A stretch of 64,000 nt of DNA from Eledone cirrhosa. Its lineage: Eukaryota. Each line of letters opens with the position of its first letter. Within the stretch, counting starts at the first letter, position 1. Below the pieces are notes generated by a model. That model saw only the letters and a program-made list of their open reading frames with translations, did not search any database and was not told the origin of the DNA. Positions 40,601-59,053 of the stretch are shown here, in pieces. A program made the position numbers and the translations under genes. The stretch spans positions 1 through 64,000 of the forward strand of contig CAXHJY010000523.1 of the NCBI GenBank assembly GCA_964016885.1. The letters are read 5' to 3'.

Positions 40601-43600
40601 ACACACACAGGTTGAATATCCACAGTGATACTAGTTGACAGTAAGACACACACACACAGGTTGAATATCCAGTGACACTAGTTGACAGTAAGACACACAC
40701 ACACAGGTTGAATATCCACAGTGACACTAGTTGACAGTAAGACACACACACACACACTGGCTGAATATCCACAGTGACACTAGTTGACAGTAAGACACAC
40801 ACACAGAGGTTGAATATCCACACTGACACTAGCTGACAGTAAGACACACACAGGCTGAATATCCACAGTGACACTAGTTGACAGTAAGACACACACACAC
40901 AGGTTGAATATCCACAGTTACACTAGTTGACAGTAAGACACACACACACAGGCTGAATGTCCACAGTGACACTAGTTGACAGCAAGACACACGCGCACAG
41001 GCTGAATATCCACAGTGACACTAGCTGACTGTAAAACACACAAACACAGGCTGAATATCCACAATGGCACTAGTTGACAGTAAGACACACACACACGAGC
41101 TGAATATCCACAGTGACACCAGTTGAAAGTAAGACACACACACACACAGGCTGAATATCCACAGTGACACTAGTTGACAGTAAGACACACTCACACAGGC
41201 TGAATATCCAGTGACACTAGCTGACCGTAAGACACACACAGGCTGAATATCCACAGTGACACTAGTTGACAGTAAGACACACACACACACACACACACAG
41301 GCTGAATATCCACAGTGACACTAGTTGACAGTAATACACACACGCACAGCCTGAATATCAACAGTGACACTAGTTGACTGTAAGACACACACGGGCTGAA
41401 TATCCACAGTGACACTAGTTGACACTAAGACACACACACACAGGCTGAATATCCACAGTAACACTAGTTGAGAGTAAGACACACACACACACAGGCTGAA
41501 TATCCACAGTGGCACTAGTAGACAGTAAGACACACACACACAGGCTGAATATCAACAGTGACACTAGTTGACTGAAAGACACACACAGGCTGAATGTCCA
41601 CAGTGACACTAGTTGACGGTAAGACACACACACACAGGCTGAATATCCACAGTGACACTAACTGACAGTAAGACACACACAGGTTGAATATCAACAGTGA
41701 CACTCGTTGACAGTAAGACACACAGAGGCTGAATATCCACAGTGACACTACTTGACTGTAAGACACACAGGCTGAATATCCATAGTTACACTAGTTGACA
41801 GTAAGACACACACACACAGGCTGAATATCCACAGTGACACTAGTTGACAGTAAGACACACACACACATACTGAATATCCACAGTGACACGAGTTGACAGT
41901 AAGACACACACACACAGGCTGAATATCCACAGTGACACTAGTTGACAGTAAGACACACACACACATACTGAATATCCACAGTGACACTAGTTGACTGTAA
42001 GACACACAGAGTCTGAATATCCACAGTGACACTAGTTGACAGTAAGACACACACACACACGCTGAATAACCACAGTGACACTAGTTGACAGTAAGACACA
42101 CACACAACGACTGAATATCCACTGTGACACTAGTTGACAGTAAGACACTAACACACAGCCTGAATATCCCCAGTGACACTAGTTGACAGTAAGACACACG
42201 CACACAGGCTAAATATCCACAGTGACAGTAGTTGACAGTAAGACACACACACACAGGCTGAATATCCACAGTGACACTAGTTGACAGTAAGACACACGCA
42301 CACAGGCTAAATATCCACAGTGACACTATTTGACAGTAAGACACACACACACAGGCTGAATATCAACAGAGACACTAGTTGACAGTAAGATACACACACA
42401 CAGGCTGAATATCCACTGTGACACTAGTTGACAGTAAGACACTAACACACAGCCTGAATATCCCCAGTGGCACTAGTTGACAGTAAGACACACGCACACA
42501 GGCTAAATATCCACAGTGACAGTAGTTGACACTAAGACACACACACAGAGGTTGAATATCCACAGTGACACTACTTGACAGTAAGACACACACACACAGA
42601 CTGAATATCCACAGTGACACTAGTTGTGAGTAAGACACACACACACAGGCTGAATATCAACAGAGACACTAGTTGACAGTAAGATACACACACACAGGCT
42701 GAATAACCACAGTGACACTAGTTGACTGTATCACACACATACAGGCTGAATATCCACAGTGACACTAGTTGACAGTAAGACACACACACAGAGGCTGAAT
42801 AACCAGAGGGACACTAGTTGACTGTAACACACACATACAGGCTGAATATCCACAGTGACACTAGTTGACAGTAAGACACACACACACAGGTCGAATATCC
42901 ACAGTGACACTAGTTGACAGTAAGACACACACACACAGACTGAATATCCACAGTGACATTAGCTGACAGTAAGACACACACACACAGGCTGAATAACCAC
43001 AGTGACACTAGTTGACAGTAAGACACACACACACAGGTCGAATATCCACAGTGACACTAGTTGACAGTAAGACCCACACACACAGACTGAATATCTACAG
43101 TGACACTGCTGACCGCAAGACACACACACACAGACTGAGTAATCACAGTGACACTAGTTGACAGTAAGACACGCAGAGGCTGAATATCCACAGTGACACT
43201 AGTTGACAGTAAGACACACACAGGCTGAATATCAACAGTGAAACTAGTTGACAGTAAGACACACACACACAGGCTGAATAATCACAGTGACACTAGTTGA
43301 CTGTTTCACACACATACGGGCTGAATACCCACAGTGACACTAGTTGGCAGTAAGACACACACACACAGGCTGAATATCCACAGTGACACTAGTTGACAGT
43401 AAGACACAAACACACAGGCTGAATATCCACAGTGACACAAGTTGACAGTAACACATACACACACACAGGCTGAATATCCACAGTGACACTAGTTGACAGT
43501 AAGACACAAACACACAGGCTGAATATCCACAGTGACACTAGTTGACAGTAACACATACACACACACAGACTGAATAACCACAGTGACACTAGTTGACAGT

Positions 43601-44126
43601 AAGACACACACACACAGGCTGAATATCCACAGTTACGCTAGTTGACAGTAACACACACACACAGGCTGAATATCCACAGTGACACTAGTTGACAGTAACA
43701 CATACACACATACAGGCTGAATATCCACAGTGAAACGAGTTGACAGTAAGACACACAGGCTGAATATCCACAGTGACACTAGTTGAGAGTAAGACACACA
43801 CACGCAGACTGAATATCCACAGTGACAGTAGCTGACAGTAAGACACACACACAGGCTGAATATCCACAGTGACACTAGTTGACTGTATCACACACATACA
43901 GGCTGAATATCCACAGTGACACTAGTTGACAGTAAGACACACACACACAGGCTGAATATCCACAGTGACACTAGTTGACTGTATCACACACACACAGGCT
44001 GAATATCCACAGTGACACTAGTTGACAGTAAGACACACACAGGCTGAATATCAACAGTGACACTAGTTGACTGTATCACACACACGCACAGGCTGAATAT
44101 CCACAGTGACACTAGTTGACAGTAAG

Positions 44127-44157
<31 letters not shown>

Positions 44158-46158
44158 CTGAATATCCACAGTGACACTAGTTGACAGTAAGACACACACA
44201 AGCTGAATATCCACAGTGACACTTGTTGACTGTAAGACACACACACACAGGCTGAATATCCACAGTGACACTAGCTGACAGTAAGACACACACACAGGCT
44301 GAATATCCACAGTGACACTAGCTGACAGTAAGACACACACAGGTTGAATATCCACAGTGACACTAATTGACAGTAGGACACACACACACACAGGCTGAAT
44401 ATCCACAGTGACAGTAGTTGACAGTAAGACACACGCACACAGGCTGAATATCCACAGTGACACTAGTTGACAGTAAGACACACACACACAGGCTGAATAT
44501 CGACAGTGACACTAGTTGACAGTAAGACACACACGCACAGGCTGAATATCCACAGTGACACTAGTTGACAGTAAGACACACACACACAGGCTGAATATCC
44601 ACAGTGACACTACTTCACTGTAAGACACACAGGCTGAATATCCACAGTGACACTAGTTGACAGTAAGACACACACACACAGGCTGAAAATCCACAGTGAC
44701 ACTAGTTGACAGTAAGACACACACACACATACTGAATATCCACAGTGACACTAGCTGACAGTAAGACACACACACACAGATTGAGTATTCACAGTGACAC
44801 TAGTTGACAGTAAGACACACACACACAGACTGAATATCCACAGTGACACTAGCTGACAGTAAGTCACACACACACAGGCTATATATCCACATTGACACTA
44901 GTTGACAGTAAGACACACACACACAGCCTGAATATCCCCAGTGACACTAGTTGACAACAAGACACACACACACACAGGCTGAATACCCACAGTGACACTA
45001 GTTGACAGTAAGACACACGCACACAGGCTGAATATCCACAATGACACTAGTTGACAGTAAGACAGACACACACAGACTGAATATCTACAGTGACATTGCT
45101 GACCGCAAGACACACACACACAGACTGAGTAATCACAGTGACACTAGTTGACAGTAAGACACGCAGAGGCTGAATATCCACAGTGACACTAGTTGACAGT
45201 AAGACACACACAGGCTGAATATCAACAGTGACACTAGTTGACAGTAAGACACACACACACAGGCTGAATAATCACAGTGACACTAGTTGACTGTTTCACA
45301 CACATACGGGCTGAATACCCACAGTGACACTAGTTGGCAGTAAGACACACACACACGGGCTGAATATCCACAGTGACACTAGTTGACAGTAAGACACAAA
45401 CACACAGGCTGAATATCCACAGTGACACAAGTTGACAGTAACACATACACACACACAGGCTGAATATCCACAGTGACACTAGTTGACAGTAAGACACAAA
45501 CACACAGGCTGAATATCCACAGTGACACTAGTTGACAGTAACACATACACAGGCTGAATATCCACAGTGACACTAGTTGACAGTAAGACACACACACACG
45601 GACTGAGTATCCACAGTGACACTAGTTGACAGTAAGACACACACACACAGGCTGAATATCCACAGTGACGCTAGTTGACAGTAACACACACACACAGGCT
45701 GAATATCCACAGTGACACTAGTTGACAGTAACACATACACACATACAGGCTGAATATTCACAGTGACACGAGTTGACAGTAAGACACACAGGCTGAATAT
45801 CCACAGTGACACTAGTTGAGAGTAAGACACACACACGCAGACTGAATATCCACAGTGACAGTAGCTGACAGTAAGACACACACACAGGCTGAATATCCAC
45901 AGTGACACTAGTTGACTGTATCACACACATACAGGCTGAATATCCACAGTGACACTAGTTGACAGTAAGACACACACACACAGGCTGAATATCCACAGTG
46001 ACACTAGTTGACTGTATCACACACACACAGGCTGAATATCCACAGTGACACTAGTTGACAGTAAGACACACACAGGCTGAATATCAACAGTGACACTAGT
46101 TGACTGTATCACACACACGCACAGGCTGAATATCCACAGTGACACTAGTTGACAGTAA

Positions 46159-46196
<38 letters not shown>

Positions 46197-49100
46197 CTGA
46201 ATATCCACAGTGACACTAGTTGACAGTAAGACACACACAAGCTGAATATCCACAGTGACACTTGTTGACTGTAAGACACACACACACAGGCTGAATATCC
46301 ACAGTGACACTAGCTGACAGTAAGACACACACAGGTTGAATATCCACAGTGACACTAGTTGACAGTAGGACACACACACACACAGGCTGAATATCCACAG
46401 TGACAGTAGTTGACAGTAAGACACACGCACACAGGCTGAATATCCACAGTGACACTAGTTGACAGTAAGACACACACACACAGGCTGAATATCGACAGTG
46501 ACACTAGTTGACAGTAAGACACACACACACAGGCTGAATATCCACAGTGACACTAGTTGACAGTAAGACACACACACACAGGCTGAATATCCACAGTGAC
46601 ACTACTTCACTGTAAGATACACAGGCTGAATATCCACAGTGACACTAGTTGACAGTAAGACACACACACACAGGCTGAAAATCCACAGTGACACTAGTTG
46701 ACAGTAAGACACACACACACATACTGAATATCCACAGTGACACTAGCTGACAGTAAGACACACATACACAGATTGAGTATTCACAGTGACACTAGTTGAC
46801 AGTAAGACACACACACACAGACTGAATATCCACAGTGACACTAGCTGACAGTAAGACACACACACACAGGCTATATATCCACATTGACACTAGTTGACAG
46901 TAAGACACACACACACAACCTGAATATCCCCAGTGACACTAGTTGACAACAAGACACACACACACACAGGCTGAATACCCACAGTGACACTAGTTGACAG
47001 TAAGACACACGCACACAGGCTGAATATCCACAATGACACTAGTTGACAGTAAGACAGACACACACACAGGCTGAATATCCACAGTGACACTAGTTGACAG
47101 TAAGACACACACACAGGCTGAATATCCACAGTGACACTAGTTGACAGTAAGACACACTCACACACAGGCTGAATATACACAGTGACACTAGTTGACAGTA
47201 AGACACACAGAGGCTGAATATCCACAGTGACACTAGCTGACTGTAAGACACACACGGGCTGAATATCCACAGTGACACTAGTTGACAGTAAGACACACAC
47301 ACACACACGGGCTGAATATCCACAGTGACACTAGTTGACAATAAGACACACACACACGCACAGCCTGAATATCAACAGTGACACTAGTTGACTGTAAGAC
47401 ACACACAGGCTGAATATCCACAGTGACACTAGTTGACGGTAAGACACACACACACAGGCTGAATATCCACAGTGACACTAACTGACAGTAAGACACACGC
47501 ACACAGGCTGAATATCCACAATGACACTAGTTGACAGTAAGACAGACACACACAGACTGAATATCTACAGCGATATTGCTGACCGCAAGACACACACACA
47601 CAGACTGAGTAATCACAGTGACACTAGTTGACAGTAAGACACGCAGAGGCTGAATATCCACAGTGACACTAGTTGACAGTAAGACACACACAGGCTGAAT
47701 ATCAACAGTGACACTAGTTGACAGTAAGACACACACACACAGGCTGAATAATCACAGTGACACTAGTTGACTGTTTCACACACATACGGGCTGAATACCC
47801 ACAGTGACACTAGTTGGCAGTAAGACACACACACACAGGCTGAATATCCACAGTGACACTAGTTGACAGTAAGACACAAACACACAGGCTGAATATCCAC
47901 AGTGACACTAGTTGACAGTAACACATACACACACACAGACTGAATAACCACAGTGACACTAGTTGACAGTAAGACACACACACACGGACTGAGTATCCAC
48001 AGTGACACTAGTTGACAGTAAGACACACACACACAGGCTGAATATCCACAGTGACGCTAGTTGACAGTAACACACACACACAGGCTGAATATCCACAGTG
48101 ACACTAGTTGACAGTAACACATACACACATACAGGCTGAATATCCACAGTGACACGAGTTGACAGTAAGACACACAGGCTGAATATCCACAGTGACACTA
48201 GTTGAGAGTAAGACACACACACGCAGACTGAATATCCACAGTGACAGTAGCTGACAGTAAGACACACACACAGGCTGAATATCCACAGTGACACTAGTTG
48301 ACTGTATCACACACATACAGGCTGAATATCCACAGTGACACTAGTTGACAGTAAGACACACACACACAGGCTGAATATCCACAGTGACACTAGTTGACTG
48401 TATCACACACACACAGGCTCAATATCCACAGTGACACTAGTTGACAGTAAGACACACACAGGCTGAATATCAACAGTGACACTAGTTGACTGTATCACAC
48501 ACACGCACAGGCTGAATATCCACAGTGACACTAGTTGACAGTAAGACACACACACACACACACACACACAGGCTGAATATCCACAGTGACACTAGTTGAC
48601 AGTAAGACACACACAAGCTGAATATCCACAGTGACACTTGTTGACTGTAAGACACACACACACAGGCTGAATATCCACAGTGACACTAGCTGACAGTAAG
48701 ACACACACACAGGCTGAATATCCACAGTGACACTAGCTGACAGTAAGACACACACAGGTTGAATATCCACAGTGACACTAGTTGACAGTAGGACACACAC
48801 ACACACAGGCTGAATATCCACAGTGACAGTAGTTGACAGTAAGACACACGCACACAGGCTGAATATCCACAGTGACACTAGTTGACAGTAAGACACACAC
48901 ACACAGGCTGAATATCGACAGTGACACTAGTTGACAGTAAGACACACACACACAGGCTGAATATCCACAGTGACACTAGTTGACAGTAAGACACACACAC
49001 ACAGGCTGAATATCCACAGTGACACTACTTCACTGTAAGACACACAGGCTGAATATCCACAGTGACACTAGTTGACAGTAAGACACACACACACAGGCTG

Positions 49101-50778
49101 AAAATCCACAGTGACACTAGTTGACAGTAAGACACACACACACATACTGAATATCCACAGTGACACTAGCTGACAGTAAGACACACACACACAGATTGAG
49201 TATTCACAGTGACACTAGTTGACAGTAAGACACACACACACAGACTGAATATCCACAGTGACACTAGCTGACAGTAAGACACACACACACAGGCTATATA
49301 TCCACATTGACACTAGTTGACAGTAAGACACACACACACAGCCTGAATATCCCCAGTGACACTAGTTGACAACAAGACACACACACACACAGGCTGAATA
49401 CCCACAGTGACACTAGTTGACAGTAAGACACACGCACACAGGCTGAATATCCACAATGACACTAGTTGACAGTAAGACAGACACACACAGACTGAATATC
49501 TACAGTGACATTGCTGACCGCAAGACACACACACACAGACTGAGTAATCACAGTGACACTAGTTGACAGTAAGACACGCAGAGGCTGAATATCCAGAGTG
49601 ACACTAGTTGACAGTAAGACACACACAGGCTGAATATCAACAGTGACACTAGTTGACAGTAAGACACACACACACAGGCTGAATAATCACAGTGACACTA
49701 GTTGACTGTTTCACACACATACGGGCTGAATACCCACAGTGACACTAGTTGGCAGTAAGACACACACACACAGGCTGAATATCCACAGTGACACTAGTTG
49801 ACAGTAAGACACAAACACACAGGCTGAATATCCACAGTGACACAAGTTGACAGTAACACATACACACACACAGGCTGAATATCCACAGTGACACTAGTTG
49901 ACAGTAAGACACAAACACACAGGCTGAATATCCACAGTGACACTAGTTGACAGTAACACATACACACACACAGACTGAATAACCACAGTGACACTAGTTG
50001 ACAGTAAGACACACACACACGGACTGAGTATCCACAGTGACACTAGTTGACAGTAAGACACACACACACAGGCTGAATATCCACAGTGACGCTAGTTGAC
50101 AGTAACACACACACACAGGCTGAATATCCACAGTGACACTAGTTGACAGTAACACATACACACATACATGCTGAATATCCACAGTGACACGAGTTGACAG
50201 TAAGACACACACACACAGGCTGAATATCCACAGTGACGCTAGTTGACAGTAACACACACACACAGGCTGAATATCCACAGTGACACTAGTTGACAGTAAC
50301 ACATACACACATACATGCTGAATATCCACAGTGACACGAGTTGACAGTAAGACACACACACACAGGCTGAATATCCACAGTGAGACTAGTTGAGAGTAAG
50401 ACACACACACGCAGACTGAATATCCACAGTGACACTAGTTGACTGTATCACACACACACAGGCTGAATATCCACAGTGACACTAGTTGACAGTAAGACAC
50501 ACACAGGCTGAATATCAACAGTGACACTAGTTGACTGTATCACACACATACAGGCTGAATATCCACAGTGACACTAGTTGACAGTAAGACACACACACAC
50601 AGGCTGAATATCCACAGTGACACTAGTTGACTGTATCACACACACACAGGCTGAATATCCACAGTGACACTAGTTGACAGTAAGACACACACAGGCTGAA
50701 TATCAACAGTGACACTAGTTGACTGTATCACACACACGCACAGGCTGAATATCCACAGTGACACTAGTTGACAGTAAG

Positions 50779-50809
<31 letters not shown>

Positions 50810-53800
50810 CTGAATATCCACAGTGACACTAGTTGACAGTAAGACACACACAAGCTGAATATCCACAGTGACACTTGTTGACTGTAAGACACACACACAT
50901 AGGCTGAATATCCACAGTGACACTAGCTGACAGTAAGACACACACAGGTTGAATATCCACAGTGACACTTGTTGACTGTAAGACACACACACACAGGCTG
51001 AATATCCACAGTGACACTAGCTGACAGTAAGACACACACAAGCTGAATATCCACAGTGACACTTGTTGACTGTAAGACACACACACAGGCTGAATATCCA
51101 CAGTGACACTAGCTGACAGTAAGACACACACAGGTTGAATATCCAGAGTGACACTAGTTGACAGTAGGACACACACACACACAGGCTGAATATCCACAGT
51201 GACAGTAGTTGACAGTAAGACACACGCACACAGGCTGAATATCCACAGTGACACTAGTTGACAGTAAGACACACACACACAGGCTGAATATCCACAGTGA
51301 CACTAGTTGACAGTAAGACACACACACACAGGCTGAATATCCACAGTGACACTAGTTGACAGTAAGACACACACACACAGGTTGAATATCCACAGTGACA
51401 CTAGTTGACAGTAAGACACACACACACAGGCTGAATATCCACAGTGACACTACTTGACTGTAAGACACACAGGCTGAATATCCACATTGACACTAGTTGA
51501 CAGTAAGACAGACACACACACAGGCTGAATATCCACAGTGACACTAGTTGACAGTAAGACACACACAGGCTGAATATCCACAGTGACACTAGTTGACTGT
51601 AAGACACACACACACAGGCTGAATATCGACAGTGACACTAGTTGACAGTAAGACACACACACACAGGCTGAATATCGACAGTGACACTAGTTGACAGTAA
51701 GACACACACACACAGGCTGAATAACCACAGTGACACTAGTTGACAGTAAGACAGACACACACACAGGCTGAATATCCACAGTGACACTAGTTGAGAGTAA
51801 GACACACATACACAGGTTGAATATCCACAGTGACACTAGTTGACAGTAAGACACACACACAGAGGTTGAATATCCACAGTGACACTAGTTGACAGTAAGA
51901 CACACACACACACAGGCTGAATATCCACAGTGACACTAGTTGACAGTGAGACACACACAAGCTGAATATCCACAGTGACACTATTTGACAGTAAGACACA
52001 CACACAGGTTGAATATCCACAGTGACACTAGTTGACAGTAGGACACACACACACACAGGCTGAATATCCACAGTGACAGTAGTTGACAGTAAGACACACG
52101 CACACAGGCTGAATATCCACAGAGACACTAGTTGACAGAAAGATACACACACACACAGGCTGAATATCGACAGTGACACTAGTTGACAGTAAGACACACA
52201 CAGGCTGAATATCCACAGTGACACTAGTTGGCAGTAAGACACACACACACACACAGGCTGAATATCCAGGGTGACCCAAGTTGACAGTAAGACACACACA
52301 CACAGGCTGAATATCCACAGTGACACTAGTTGACAGTAAGACAGACACACACAGGCTGAATATCCACAGTGACACTAGTTGACAGTAAGACACACAAACA
52401 CAGACTGAATATCCACAGTGACATTGCTGACAGTAAGACACACACACACACAGACTGAGTATTCACAGTGACACTACTTGACAGTAAAACACACAGAGGC
52501 TGAATATCCACAGTGACACTAGTTGACAGTAAGACACACACAGGCTGAATATCCACAGTGACATTAGCTGACAGTAAGACACACGCACACAGGCTAAATA
52601 TCCACAGTGACAGTAGTTGACAGTAAGACACACACACACAGGCTGAATATCCACAGTGACACTAGTTGACAGTAAGACACACGCACACAGGCTAAATATC
52701 CACAGTGACACTAGTTGACAGTAAGACACACACACACAGGCTGAATATCCCCAGTGACACTAGTTGACAGTAAGACACACGCACACAGGCTAAATATCCA
52801 CAGTGACAGTAGTTTACAGTAAGACACACACACACAGGCTGAATATCCACAGTGACACTAGTTGACAGTAAGACACACGCACACAGGCTAAATATCCACA
52901 GTGACACTAGTTGACAGTAAGACACACACACACAGGCTGAATATCCACAGTGACACTTGTTGACAGTAAGACAGACACACACACAGGCTAAATATCCACA
53001 GTGACAGTAGTTGACAGTAAGACACACACACAGAGGTTGAATATCCACAGTGACACTACTTGACAGTAAGACACACACACACAGACTGAATATCCACAGT
53101 GACACTAGTTGAGAGTAAGACACACACACACAGGCTGAATATCAACAGAGACACTAGTTGACAGTAAGATACACACACACAGGCTGAATAACCACAGTGA
53201 CACTAGTTGACTGTATCACACACATACGGGCTGAATATCCACAGTGACACTAGTTGACATTAAGACACATACACACAGGCTGAATATCCACAGTGACACT
53301 AGTTGACAGTAAGACACACACAGGCTGAATATCCACAGTGACACTAGTTGACTGTATCACACACATACAGGCTGAATATCCACAGTGACACTAGTTGACA
53401 GTAAGAGACACACACACAGGCTGAATAACCACAGGGACACTAGTTGACTGTAACACACACATACAGGCTGAATATCCACAGTGACACTAGTTGACAGTAA
53501 GACACACACACACAGGTCGAATATCCACAGTGACACTATTTGACAGTAAGACACACACACACAGGCTGAATAACCACAGTGACACTAGTTGACAGTAAGA
53601 CACACACACACAGGTCGAATATCCACAGTGACACTAGTTGACAGTAAGACACACACACAGAGACTGAATATCTACAGTGACATTGCTGACCGCAAGACAC
53701 ACACACACAGACTGAGTAATCACAGTGACACTAGTTGACAGTAAGACACGCAGAGGCTGAATATCCACAGTGACACTAGTTGACAGTAAGACACACACAG

Positions 53801-56800
53801 GCTGAATATCAACAGTGACACTAGTTGACAGTAAGACACACACACACAGGCTGAATAATCACAGTGACACTAGTTGACTGTTTCACACACATACGGGCTG
53901 AATACCCACAGTGACACTAGTTGGCAGTAAGACACACACACACAGGCTGAATATCCACAGTGACACTAGTTGACAGTAAGACACAAACACACAGGCTGAA
54001 TATCCACAGTGACACAAGTTGACAGTAACACATACACACACACAGGCTGAATATCCACAGTGACACTAGTTGACAGTAAGACACAAACACACAGGCTGAA
54101 TATCCACAGTGACACTAGTTGACAGTAACACATACACACACACAGACTGTATAACCACAGTGACACTAGTTGACAGTAAGACACACACACACGGACTGAG
54201 TATCCACAGTGACACTAGTTGACAGTAAGACACACACACACAGGCTGAATATCCACAGTGACGCTAGTTGACAGTAACACACACACACAGGCTGAATATC
54301 CACAGTGACACTAGTTGACAGTAACACATACACACATACAGGCTGAATATCCACAGTGACACGAGTTGACAGTAAGACACACAGGCTGAATATCCACAGT
54401 GACACTAGTTGAGAGTAAGACACACACACGCAGACTGAATATCCACAGTGACAGTAGCTGACAGTAAGACACACACACAGGCTGAATATCCACAGTGACG
54501 CTAGTTGACTGTATCACACACATACAGGCTGAATATCCACAGTGACACTAGTTGACAGTAAGACACACACACACAGGCTGAATATCCACAGTGACACTAG
54601 TTGACAGTAAGACACACACAGGCTGAATATCAACAGTGACACTAGTTGACTGTATCACACACACGCACAGGCTGAATATCCACAGTGACACTAGTTGACA
54701 GTAAGACACACACAGGCTGAATATCCACAGAGACACTAGTTGACAGAAAGATACACACACACACAGGCTGAATATCGACAGTGACACTAGTTGACAGTAA
54801 GACACACACAGGCTGAATATCCACAGTGACACTAGTTGGCAGTAAGACACACACACACACACAGGCTGAATATCCAGGGTGACCCAAGTTGACAGTAAGA
54901 CACACACACACAGGCTGAATATCCACAGTGACACTAGTTGACAGTAAGACAGACACACACAGGCTGAATATCCACAGTGACACTAGTTGACAGTAAGACA
55001 CACAAACACAGACTGAATATCCACAGTGACATTGCTGACAGTAAGACACACACACACACAGACTGAGTATTCACAGTGACACTACTTGACAGTAAGACAC
55101 ACAGAGGCTGAATATCCACAGTGACACTAGTTGACAGTAAGACACACACAGGCTGAATATCCACAGTGACATTAGCTGACAGTAAGACACACGCACACAG
55201 GCTAAATATCCACAGTGACAGTAGTTGACAGTAAGACACACACACACAGGCTGAATATCCACAGTGACACTAGTTGACAGTAAGACACACGCACACAGGC
55301 TAAATATCCACAGTGACACTAGTTGACAGTAAGACACACACACACAGGCTGAATATCCCCAGTGACACTAGTTGACAGTAAGACACACGCACACAGGCTA
55401 AATATCCACAGTGACAGTAGTTGACACTAAGACACACACACACAGGCTGAATATCCACAGTGACACAAGTTGACAGTAAGACACACGCACACAGGCTAAA
55501 TATCCACAGTGACACTAGTTGACAGTAAGACACACACACACAGGCTGAATATCCACAGTGACACTTGTTGAGAGTAAGACACACACACACAGGCTGAATA
55601 TCAACAGAGACACTAGTTGACAGTAAGATACACACACACAGGCTGAATAACCACAGTGACACTAGTTGACTGTATCACACACATACGGGCTGAATATCCA
55701 CAGTGACACTAGTTGACATTAAGACACATACACACAGGCTGAATATCCACAGTGACACTAGTTGACAGTAAGACAGACACACACACAGGCTAAATATCCA
55801 CAGTGACAGTAGTTGACAGTAAGACACACACACAGAGGTTGAATATCCACAGTGACACTACTTGACAGTAAGACACACACACACAGACTGAATATCCACA
55901 GTGACACTAGTTGAGAGTAAGACACACACACACAGGCTGAATATCAACAGAGACACTAGTTGACAGTAAGATACACACACACAGGCTGAATAACCACAGT
56001 GACACTAGTTGACTGTATCACACACATACGGGCTGAATATCCACAGTGACACTAGTTGACATTAAGACACATACACACAGGCTGAATATCCACAGTGACA
56101 CTAGTTGACAGTAAGACACACACACACAGGTCGAATATCCACAGTGACACTAGTTGACAGTAAGACACACACACACAGACTGAATATCCACAGTGACATT
56201 AGCTGACAGTAAGACACACACACACAGGCTGAATAACCACAGTGACACTAGTTGACAGTAAGACACACACACACAGGTCGAATATCCACAGTGACACTAG
56301 TTGACAGTAAGACACACACACACAGACTGAATATCTACAGTGACATTGCTGACCGCAAGACACACACACACAGACTGAGTAATCACAGTGACACTAGTTG
56401 ACAGTAAGACACGCAGAGGCTGAATATCCACAGTGACACTAGTTGACAGTAAGACACACACAGGCTGAATATCGACAGTGACACTAGTTGACAGTAAGAC
56501 ACACACACACAGGCTGAATATCAACAGTGACACTAGTTGACAGCAAGACACACACAGGCTGAATATCCACAGTGACACTAGTTGGCAGTAAGACACACAC
56601 ACACACACAGGCTGAATATCCAGGGTGACCCAAGTTGACAGTAAGACACACACACACAGGCTGAATATCCACAGTCACACTAGTTGACAGTAAGACACAC
56701 ACACACAGACTGAATATCCACAGTGACATTGCTGACAGTAAGACACACACACACACAGACTGAGTATTCACAGTGACACTACTTGACAGTAAGACACACA

Positions 56801-59011
56801 GAGGCTGAATATCCACAGTGACACTAGTTGACAGTAAGACACACACAGGCTGAATATCAACAGTGACACTAGTTGACAGTAAGACACACACACACACAGG
56901 CTGAATAACCACAGTGACACTAGTTGACTGTATCACACACATACGGGCTGAATAACCACAGTGACACTAGTTGACAGTAAGACACACACACACTCAGGTT
57001 GAATATCCATAGTGACACTAGTTGACAGTAAGACACACACACACAGGCTGAATATCCACAGTGACATTAGCTGACAGTAAGACACACGCACACAGGCTAA
57101 ATATCCACAGTGACAGTAGTTGACAGTAAGACACACACACACAGGCTGAATATCCACAGTGACACTAGTTGACAGTAAGACACACGCACACAGGCTAAAT
57201 ATCCACAGTGACACTAGTTGACAGTAAGACACACACACACAGGCTGAATATCCACAGTGACACTTGTTGACAGTAAGACAGACACACACACAGGCTAAAT
57301 ATCCACAGTGACAGTAGTTGACAGTAAGACACACACACAGAGGTTGAATATCCACAGTGACACTACTTGACAGTAAGACACACACACACAGACTGAATAT
57401 CCACAGTGACACTAGTTGAGAGTAAGACACACACACACAGGCTGAATATCAACAGAGACACTAGTTGACAGTAAGATACACACACACAGGCTGAATAACC
57501 ACAGTGACACTAGTTGACTGTATCACACACATACGGGCTGAATATCCACAGTGACACTAGTTGACATTAAGACACATACACACAGGCTGAATATCCACAG
57601 TGACACTAGTTGACAGTAAGACACACACAGGCTGAATATCCACAGTGACACTAGTTGACTGTATCACACACATACAGGCTGAATATCCACAGTGACACTA
57701 GTTGACAGTAAGAGACACACACACAGGCTGAATAACCACAGGGACACTAGTTGACTGTAACACACACATACAGGCTGAATATCCACAGTGACACTAGTTG
57801 ACAGTAAGACACACACACACAGGTCGAATATCCACAGTGACACTAGTTGACAGTAAGACACACACACACAGGCTGAATAACCACAGTGACACTAGTTGAC
57901 AGTAAGACACACACACACAGGTCGAATATCCACAGTGACACTAGTTGACAGTAAGACACACACACAGAGACTGAATATCTACAGTGACATTGCTGACCGC
58001 AAGACACACACACACAGACTGAGTAATCACAGTGACACTAGTTGACAGTAAGACACGCAGAGGCTGAATATCCACAGTGACACTAGTTGACAGTAAGACA
58101 CACACAGGCTGAATATCAACAGTGACACTAGTTGACAGTAAGACACACACACACAGGCTGAATAATCACAGTGACACTAGTTGACTGTTTCACACACATA
58201 CGGGCTGAATACCCACAGTGACACTAGTTGGCAGTAAGACACACACACACAGGCTGAATATCCACAGTGACACTAGTTGACAGTAAGACACAAACACACA
58301 GGCTGAATATCCACAGTGACACAAGTTGACAGTAACACATACACACACACAGGCTGAATATCCACAGTGACACTAGTTGACAGTAAGACACAAACACACA
58401 GGCTGAATATCCACAGTGACACTAGTTGACAGTAACACATACACACACACAGACTGAATAACCACAGTGACACTAGTTGACAGTAAGACACACACACACG
58501 GACTGAGTATCCACAGTGACACTAGTTGACAGTAAGACACACACACACAGGCTGAATATCCACAGTGACGCTAGTTGACAGTAACACACACACACAGGCT
58601 GAATATCCACAGTGACACTAGTTGACAGTAACACATACACACATACAGGCTGAATATCCACAGTGACACGAGTTGACAGTAAGACACACAGGCTGAATAT
58701 CCACAGTGACACTAGTTGACAGTAAGACACACACACACAGGCTGAATATCCACAGTGACACTAGTTGACAGTAAGACACACACAGGCTGAATATCCACAG
58801 TGACACTAGTTGACAGTAAGACACACACACACAGGCTGAATATCCACAGTGACACTAGTTGACAGTAAGACACACACACACAGGCTGAATATCCACAGTG
58901 ACACTAGTTGACAGTAAGACACACACAGGCTGAATATCAACAGTGACACTAGTTGACTGTATCACACACACGCACAGGCTGAATATCCACAGTGACACAA
59001 GTTGACAGTAA

Positions 59012-59053
<42 letters not shown>
